DNA from: an uncultured Alphaproteobacteria bacterium
GTDB taxonomy: Bacteria; Pseudomonadota; Alphaproteobacteria; Rs-D84; CACZYB01
Direction: 5' to 3'
DNA length: 32,000 bases
NCBI GenBank assembly: GCA_934246625.1
Contig: CAKQHZ010000001.1
Coordinates: 600,001-632,000 of the forward strand
Shown: in pieces, positions 26,683 to 32,000 of the stretch
Position numbering within the stretch: position 1 is the stretch's first letter
Layout of the letters: every line of letters starts with the position of its first letter
Notes under the pieces: generated by a model
Told to the model about the DNA's origin: nothing
What the model saw: the letters and a program-made list of their open reading frames with translations, nothing else
The model's database searches: none
Translations under genes and position numbers: made by a program

Positions 26683-27015
26683 ATGTATTATTTAGATAAA
26701 GTTATTTACAAAAATTATAAAGATATTTTTCATTTAGAATTTTTTTTTGAATTAAAAAGATTTTTTGATATTTCTATAAACATTTTCAATATAATTAATG
26801 GTGGATTTTATATAAGAAATTATACAAAGCCAGATGATTTTTTCTATGATTCAAAACCAATTTGTTTGTATAAATTAAAAAATATTCATTTTAACTTTGG
26901 ATATAATAAAGATCTTTATACAGGTATGGAAATAGGAGATTATCTATCTAATTCAAAAAATAATTTTTATATTCAATTTGGAATTTTAGGATTGATATTT
27001 TCTATAGGTCAGTAG
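26683..27015 (+). CDS. Hypothetical small protein
   Basis: ORF of 110 aa starting 6 nt after the previous stop. Its C-terminal FYIQFGILGLIFSIGQ loosely echoes the preceding ORF's C-terminus. Confidence 0.3.
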   Translation: MYYLDKVIYKNYKDIFHLEFFFELKRFFDISINIFNIINGGFYIRNYTKPDDFFYDSKPICLYKLKNIHFNFGYNKDLYTGMEIGDYLSNSKNNFYIQFGILGLIFSIGQ

Positions 27016-27333
27016 GTAAAATATAATTTATTTCCGGATAAAATATATTTTCATTTGTTAGTGATTTTGTGGTAACAAATTTTATCTTGCTATTTTTGGG
27101 ATAATTACGATATGTTTGTCTAAAATGAGGCAGATAAAATGTGTAATTTTGATTTAAGAGAAATTGTTGAAGAAAATTTAAATAAAAATTTTGTTTTTTT
27201 TACTGGTTTTATACAAAAGATTTATATAAGATGAAGATTCCTGTGAATTTTTGTGATATTAACTTTTTTTTCTTTACATATAATATACTAAAAAATATAG
27301 TATGATTTATTCTTCTATATACAGGATTATGTT

Positions 27334-27663
27334 GTGTCAAAATTAAAAGAATTTATGGATATTGATGATTTATCTTCAGCAGATATTGTTGATTTCTTAT
27401 TTGGTAGTTTAAAACTATTAGAAAAAGACCCTTCTATTATTTCAAAGATAATTGATGACAGCAAAGATGGCAAAATATGTATGTATATTATTAGTAATCT
27501 TGAGGTACAAAGATGGGAACAAGTAGTATCAAAAAATGATAGAGCATTATGTATTAAATCTCTTAGATATTTATATAGTAAATTACCAAATGAACAAAAA
27601 AAATACTATAAAATAGAATTTTTTGATAAACACCCAGAAATTTTTGAAGGTCAAAACATCTAA
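27334..27663 (+). CDS. Hypothetical acidic 109-aa protein
   Basis: ORF with a GTG start (alternative ATG at 27355). It is convergent with pip and shows no recognisable motif. Confidence 0.35.
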   Translation: MSKLKEFMDIDDLSSADIVDFLFGSLKLLEKDPSIISKIIDDSKDGKICMYIISNLEVQRWEQVVSKNDRALCIKSLRYLYSKLPNEQKKYYKIEFFDKHPEIFEGQNI

Positions 27664-27734
27664 TGAAAAGATAAAGAATAGTATTTAATCCATCTTTTCA
27701 GTTAATTTCTTTATCAAAGCTATATGCTTTTTTA

Positions 27735-28640
27735 TTACAAAAATTCTTTTATCAACTTTGGCAAAAGTTTATTTTGTTTCTTGCTTCCATGACCAAAACT
27801 ATCAATAATATGCAAAGTTGATTTTGGCATAGCTTTGTGTAAAGTATATGCCTGTTCAAGTGGAGTACAGAAATCCAATCTGTTACCAATTATAAGTGTT
27901 GGAATATTTTTAATTTTGCCAATATTTTCGATAATTTCATTTTCTTTTATAAAATAGTGTTCTGTATAGTAATGCATATAAATTTTAAAGGAATTAACTA
28001 CCTTATCCCCCAGTTCTTCATCAAGATTTATTTTTAACTTACCAATTTGATAATCATAGTTTGTAAGATATTTTACAGTCTTTTTAATTTTAGCATTACT
28101 TTGCTTAAATAAATTTTCCAAATCTTTGTGAGTTTTTATAAGATATGGTGAAAGTTTTTCAATTATGTCAGGGTAGAACATCTTTGAATCTTTGTATGTC
28201 CAATTTGCATCTTTCTTCCTTGCTAAGAAAGTTTGTGATACAATTATTTTATCAACTAATTCAGGGTATGTTTCTGCAAACAAAAGTGCAAGTGTAGAAC
28301 CCCATGAACCACCAAAAGAAATTACCTTTTCTTTTATATTAAGGAAATCAAGAATTCTTTTTGCATCTTTAATTGTATCTTGAGTGGTATTTTTATAAAA
28401 TAAATCTTTAAATTCAGAATTTCCACAACCACGTTGATCAAAAATAATTACTTTATAATTTTTGAGATTACAACATTTTACATATTTAAATTTACTTCTT
28501 GCTCCTGGACCTCCATGAAAATTTAAGATGGTTTTCCCATTTGGGTTACCAAATACTTGGAAGTAAATTTTATGTCCATCAAGTTCGGGAAGATATCCTT
28601 TAAAAATAGCCTTTGGCTTATGTGAAAATATATGAAACAT
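27735..28640 (-). CDS. pip: Proline iminopeptidase (S33 alpha/beta-hydrolase)
   Basis: HGGPGA oxyanion motif, nucleophile elbow GGSWGSTLAL, a C-terminal His (SFGHG), about 300 aa. Confidence 0.85.
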   Translation of the reverse strand: MFHIFSHKPKAIFKGYLPELDGHKIYFQVFGNPNGKTILNFHGGPGARSKFKYVKCCNLKNYKVIIFDQRGCGNSEFKDLFYKNTTQDTIKDAKRILDFLNIKEKVISFGGSWGSTLALLFAETYPELVDKIIVSQTFLARKKDANWTYKDSKMFYPDIIEKLSPYLIKTHKDLENLFKQSNAKIKKTVKYLTNYDYQIGKLKINLDEELGDKVVNSFKIYMHYYTEHYFIKENEIIENIGKIKNIPTLIIGNRLDFCTPLEQAYTLHKAMPKSTLHIIDSFGHGSKKQNKLLPKLIKEFL

Positions 28641-28706
28641 TCTATTGCCTTTTTTTAATATAATATATAATTATTAACATAATATATAATTATTTCAAGG
28701 TGTTAA

Positions 28707-29816
28707 ATGAATAATTATAAAGAATTTGTATCTGAAATTTCTTCTTTTTTTAATTTAGAAAAAGTATCTGGTGAATATTTCCGATTTAAAGATCAAAAAA
28801 ATATTAGTAATTTCCCTAAACAATCTATTCATGAATATTTTAATGATGTTCCATTAATTCCTGCGGATAATGTCATAAGAACTGATGATAGTACAACGCT
28901 TTTTACATGTGCTGGAGTGCAACATATAGAAACAATGATAAAAAATAATGAAATTTTAAAAGATTTTAGTATTTATCAACCATCTATAAGAACTCAGTTT
29001 ATTGGTAAAACAAAAGAAGGAGTTTCTACATCTTTTGTTAATTTTTCTTCAACTATATTTAATATTTCGAATGATAAATTTTTAGATAAAACAAAAAGTT
29101 ATATTTCTTTACTTAATAATTATGGATACAATAATAATGATTTATTAGTTAGATTTGAAGAAAGATCTAATGCTTGGGGAACTAAAAAATTTACTACATA
29201 TGTTGCTAGTTTATATTATAATAATTTTAGAATGGGAGAATGTATTTTTATGAAATATTTTCCCATAAATTCAAATCAAGTTTCTAATATTATGGAAGTC
29301 GGATTTGGTCTAGAAAGAATGGAATGGTTATCAAAAAAAAATAATTATTATTTTTCTAGATACAAAGAAATTTATGATCAATTTAAAAATAATGATGTTT
29401 CTATTGATCAAATTACAACTATCATTGATTCTGTAAGAACTTCAATCTTAATTGCTGGTAATGGAATAGTTTCAAGTAATAATAATCATGGATATAGATT
29501 AAGACAGTTATTAAAGCATTTTGTTTTTAATAATGCCAATATATCAATACCTTTAAATAAATTAGAACGAATAGCATATGATGAATGGAAATCTAATACA
29601 TTCGTTCAGTATGATAAAATATGTGATATTATAGGAAAAGAAGTTGAAAGAAATGAACATGCATATTTATTAGATTTATTAAAGAGGTGTAATATAAAAA
29701 CAAATATAGATATAACATTACCAAATGATGCTTTTATAAGATCTTTAAAAAGTCGTATTTATAGAGAGAATACAGACGTGATATTAGATAAATTATTTAA
29801 AGAAAAGGTTAAATAA
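28707..29816 (+). CDS. Stand-alone alanyl-tRNA synthetase catalytic-core homolog (class IIc aaRS-like, no editing or C-Ala domains)
   Basis: Collinear matches to E. coli AlaRS as I remember it. TLFTCAGVQH aligns with LLFTNAGMNQF, QPSIRT with QRCVR, VSTSFVNFSSTIF with HHTFFEMLGNFSF, MEVGFGLERMEWL with VDTGMGLERIAAVL, and IIDSVRTSILIAGNGIVSSNNNHGYRLRQLLKH with [33 protein letters not shown]. It is only 369 aa. Confidence 0.8.
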   Translation: MNNYKEFVSEISSFFNLEKVSGEYFRFKDQKNISNFPKQSIHEYFNDVPLIPADNVIRTDDSTTLFTCAGVQHIETMIKNNEILKDFSIYQPSIRTQFIGKTKEGVSTSFVNFSSTIFNISNDKFLDKTKSYISLLNNYGYNNNDLLVRFEERSNAWGTKKFTTYVASLYYNNFRMGECIFMKYFPINSNQVSNIMEVGFGLERMEWLSKKNNYYFSRYKEIYDQFKNNDVSIDQITTIIDSVRTSILIAGNGIVSSNNNHGYRLRQLLKHFVFNNANISIPLNKLERIAYDEWKSNTFVQYDKICDIIGKEVERNEHAYLLDLLKRCNIKTNIDITLPNDAFIRSLKSRIYRENTDVILDKLFKEKVK

Positions 29817-30488
29817 ATGGGAGCTCTAATTTCTGATTTTTTATCTTACAAGCATTCTGTTTATGATGAAATTTCTGATTTATCAAAAAAAGAGATAGAT
29901 AATTTTTACTCTTTTATATTAGGTGGTGTAAAATTTAATAATTCAAGTCCTAAACTTATTATGATGTTGGGTATTAGTGGAGCGGGGAAAAGTACATTTT
30001 TTAATAATGCAAAGCAATATTATAAAGATTATGCTTTTTTATCAGGTGATGAAATTATGCATAATTTACAAATTTTTAAAGAATTAAAATTATTAAATAA
30101 ATCATCACATAATGATTTTCGAATTTGTGAAACAATTTCTAGAAAGCTATCATTCTATATTTTAGATTATTTAATTTCAAATAAAGCAAATATTTTTTAT
30201 GATTGTGGAGGTTTGGATTTAAATAAAAAAAATATGGTTAGATATATAAGTGATTTGGGATATAAAATAGAAATTAATGCTATTCTAGCAGATAAAAAAA
30301 TTGCTATCGATAGAGTAATAAAACGTCATTATAAAAATGGAGGTGGTTATATACCAGTTGATTTAATTGAACAAAATTTCAATGAGGTTTTACCAGCTAT
30401 TAATTATTATAAGCAATTTGTTGATAAGATAAATATTTATAACAATAATAATAAAATTTTTTTAGAAGAAACTTATATAAAAAGATAA
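29817..30488 (+). CDS. P-loop kinase, zeta-toxin/AAA_33-like
   Basis: Walker A MLGISGAGKST sits about 50 aa from the N-terminus, with IFYDCGG as a Walker-B-like strand. The size (223 aa) and layout fit small-molecule or nucleotide-sugar kinases. The ATG directly abuts the upstream TAA. Confidence 0.6.
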   Translation: MGALISDFLSYKHSVYDEISDLSKKEIDNFYSFILGGVKFNNSSPKLIMMLGISGAGKSTFFNNAKQYYKDYAFLSGDEIMHNLQIFKELKLLNKSSHNDFRICETISRKLSFYILDYLISNKANIFYDCGGLDLNKKNMVRYISDLGYKIEINAILADKKIAIDRVIKRHYKNGGGYIPVDLIEQNFNEVLPAINYYKQFVDKINIYNNNNKIFLEETYIKR

Positions 30489-30498
30489 GGAGTTTTAT

Positions 30499-31749
30499 AT
30501 GGATATTTGTATTTTTAATTCAAACACTAATGTTAATGCACAAGATTATGAAGTCGTTGAACGTAAAGGTATTGGCCATCCTGATACAATCTGTGATACT
30601 TTAGCAGAAAAGATAAGTGCTAATTATTCTCTATATACATATCAAAAATATGGACATATATTTAGACATATGATTGATAAATTATCTATTTTAGGGGGAA
30701 AAACAAAAGTTTATTTTGGAGGTGGAGAATTTATAAAACCTATAAGAATACTACTAAATGGACGATTTACTGGAAACTTCTGTGATGAAAAAATTCCATA
30801 TATTGATATTGCTACAGAAACTATTTATAAACATATGAAATTCCTATTTCCTATGATAGATTGTAAAAAAAATATAGAAATAATAGATAATACGCATTCA
30901 TCGCAAGGTCCTGGTGTTGTATACAAAAAAGATGGAACAACGAATAATGAACGTTCTAGTTTTTTTAACATAAAAAATGAAGCATTTATGCAATATCATA
31001 ATAATATGAATAGAACAAATGATACATCTACTACTGTTAGTTTTTATCCATATACAGTTCTAGAAAATGTTGTGTTATTTGTAGAAAATCAATTAAATTC
31101 TGAAGAATTTAAAAAGAAGTATCCTTTTGTTGGTAACGATATAAAAGTAATGGGAACAAGAATTGGCAAAAACATAGATATTACAACTTGTATACCTTTT
31201 ATTTCTTTATATACTCCTGATAAAAATTTTTACAAAGACAATATAAGCTTTTTAAAAAATCTTTTAATCAATATGTTATCAAAAAAATATTCGGATTATT
31301 CTTTTAATATTTCTATAAATACAAGAGATAATTTAGAAAACGATGATTTATATTTAACATTAACAGGAAGTGCTGTTGAAAGTGGAGATGAGGGGGCCGT
31401 TGGACGAGGTAATAGAAGTTGTGGATTTATTCCTTTTTGCCGTAATGTATCTTTAGAGGCTCCGTGTGGTAAGAATCCTGTATATCATACAGGGAAGTTA
31501 TTTACTGCTATTGGAAATATTATATCTAATAGAATTTATAGCCAAACAGGCATTGAAAATACTGTTTATTTAACAAGTCAGATGGGGGGTAAAATAGAAG
31601 AAACTTGGAAGATTGCTATTGGTTTAACAAATAGTCCTTCTATTTCACTAGAATTAAAAAATACAATTGAAGATATTGTAAATGAAGAGTTAAAAAATCA
31701 TAATAAAACTACACAAGATATAATTTTGGAAAAGATAAAATTATATTAG
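30499..31749 (+). CDS. Archaeal-type S-adenosylmethionine synthetase (MAT) homolog
   Basis: VERKGIGHPDTICDTLAEKIS, NDTSTTVSFYP, GNDIKVMGTR, LYLTLTGSAVESGDEGAVGRGNR and GKNPVYHTGKLF are collinear with M. jannaschii MAT motifs as remembered (ERKGLGHPDSICD, NDTSFGVGYAP, GEDIKVMG, TGTSAEMGDDGSVGRGNR, GKNPVNHVGK). AAGGAG lies 6 nt before the ATG. Confidence 0.85.
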   Translation: MDICIFNSNTNVNAQDYEVVERKGIGHPDTICDTLAEKISANYSLYTYQKYGHIFRHMIDKLSILGGKTKVYFGGGEFIKPIRILLNGRFTGNFCDEKIPYIDIATETIYKHMKFLFPMIDCKKNIEIIDNTHSSQGPGVVYKKDGTTNNERSSFFNIKNEAFMQYHNNMNRTNDTSTTVSFYPYTVLENVVLFVENQLNSEEFKKKYPFVGNDIKVMGTRIGKNIDITTCIPFISLYTPDKNFYKDNISFLKNLLINMLSKKYSDYSFNISINTRDNLENDDLYLTLTGSAVESGDEGAVGRGNRSCGFIPFCRNVSLEAPCGKNPVYHTGKLFTAIGNIISNRIYSQTGIENTVYLTSQMGGKIEETWKIAIGLTNSPSISLELKNTIEDIVNEELKNHNKTTQDIILEKIKLY

Positions 31750-31886
31750 ATAAAATTTAATATACTTAAGATTTATTCCTATGAAAATAATATTAAGTGT
31801 AGGCTAAATGACTTTTTATAGATGAGTTTTTTATGGTTGGTTTCGGTTATCCGAAATAGATTAGAAACCTGTAGAATAGCAAAAAG

Positions 31887-31967
31887 ACTGACTTTTAGAA
31901 AAGTTAGAGAAAGGTTCACAATCACCCACTAAAAATTCAAAAAGGCTTCCGAAAGGGAGCTTTTTTT
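31887..31967 (+). repeat. Direct repeat copy 3: degenerate tRNA-Lys 3' fragment plus exact terminator copy (att-like junction)
   Basis: actgactttta matches tRNA 18260-18270, aggttca matches 18284-18290, and cacccac matches 18301-18307. Next comes taaaaattcaaaaaggcttccgaaagggagcttttttt, one mismatch from copy 2 over 39 nt. Confidence 0.85.
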
Positions 31968-32000
31968 ATTGTGTATCGGTCTAGATGATGGGTGTTGAGG

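Larger units (their letters stand above)
24449..31967 (+). mobile_element. Putative integrated AT-rich cassette 2 (no recombinase gene visible)
   Basis: Bounded by repeat copies 2 and 3. The left-end leader is homologous to that of cassette 1 (cattttctctctatt(t)tctatg at 18437 and 24528). Spot G+C is low (10/60 at 29101-29160). Confidence 0.55.

Noticed and set aside
27139-27234. 31-codon ORF (MCNFDLREIVEENLNKNFVFFTGFIQKIYIR) with a GAGG upstream
   Set aside because: It has no hydrophobic or otherwise distinctive character and no coupling to a neighbouring gene. The surrounding DNA is AT-rich, where short ORFs arise by chance.
28707-31749. AlaRS-like and MAT-like genes as the cell's housekeeping alaS and metK
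   Set aside because: The AlaRS homolog is 369 aa, lacks the editing and C-Ala domains, and sits in very AT-rich cassette DNA. The MAT is of the archaeal type, and both are operonic with a kinase. This cannot be fully excluded without the rest of the genome, so it is listed as a refutation test.
18301-31967. Could the thrice-repeated hairpin sequence be a CRISPR array or a dispersed REP/MITE element?
   Set aside because: The spacing is 6-7.5 kb rather than tens of bp, and there are only three copies. Copies 2 and 3 carry decayed tRNA-Lys sequence on their left. The other terminators in the window (2453, 9234, 15001, 17121) have different stems. The att-duplication explanation fits better. A genome-wide count is still needed.
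18310-31967. Looked for an integrase, recombinase or transposase in either cassette
   Set aside because: No ORF shows tyrosine-recombinase (R..H..R..Y), serine-recombinase or DDE features by eye. The 685-aa orphan is the only protein large enough, and it has none of these motifs. No recombinase was called.

Overview
Two-part window. Positions 1-18.3 kb look like core chromosome of a low-GC, probably alphaproteobacterial genome. The DUF1013/TrcR-like gene and the radA-cvpA, cmk, clpX, ruvA, rpoD, fabF, mltG set support this. The core is interrupted by four large signal-peptide proteins. Three of them are clear paralogs of one uncharacterised Cys-containing secreted family. A tRNA-Lys(UUU) lies at 18234-18309. 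Its 3' end plus its terminator hairpin recur twice more, at about 24.4 kb and 31.9 kb. These three direct repeats bracket two tandem, much more AT-rich cassettes with no integrase visible in the window. Cassette 1 carries a translationally coupled membrane protein and a 685-aa orphan, a 31-codon hydrophobic mini-ORF, and a 787-aa protein with nine zinc-ribbon repeats around a Vsr/DUF559-like PD-(D/E)xK nuclease core. Cassette 2 carries a four-repeat 'beta-flower'-like small protein with a 2-TM protein, a possible HNH/His-Me nuclease and some small ORFs. Its most unusual part is a tight three-gene operon: a stand-alone alanyl-tRNA-synthetase catalytic-core homolog, a zeta-toxin/AAA_33-like P-loop kinase and an archaeal-type S-adenosylmethionine synthetase homolog. 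This operon is divergently paired with a proline iminopeptidase. I consider it the best candidate for an undescribed nucleotide- or aminoacyl-modifying conflict or biosynthetic system. All functional calls come from motif recognition by eye, and no searches were run.
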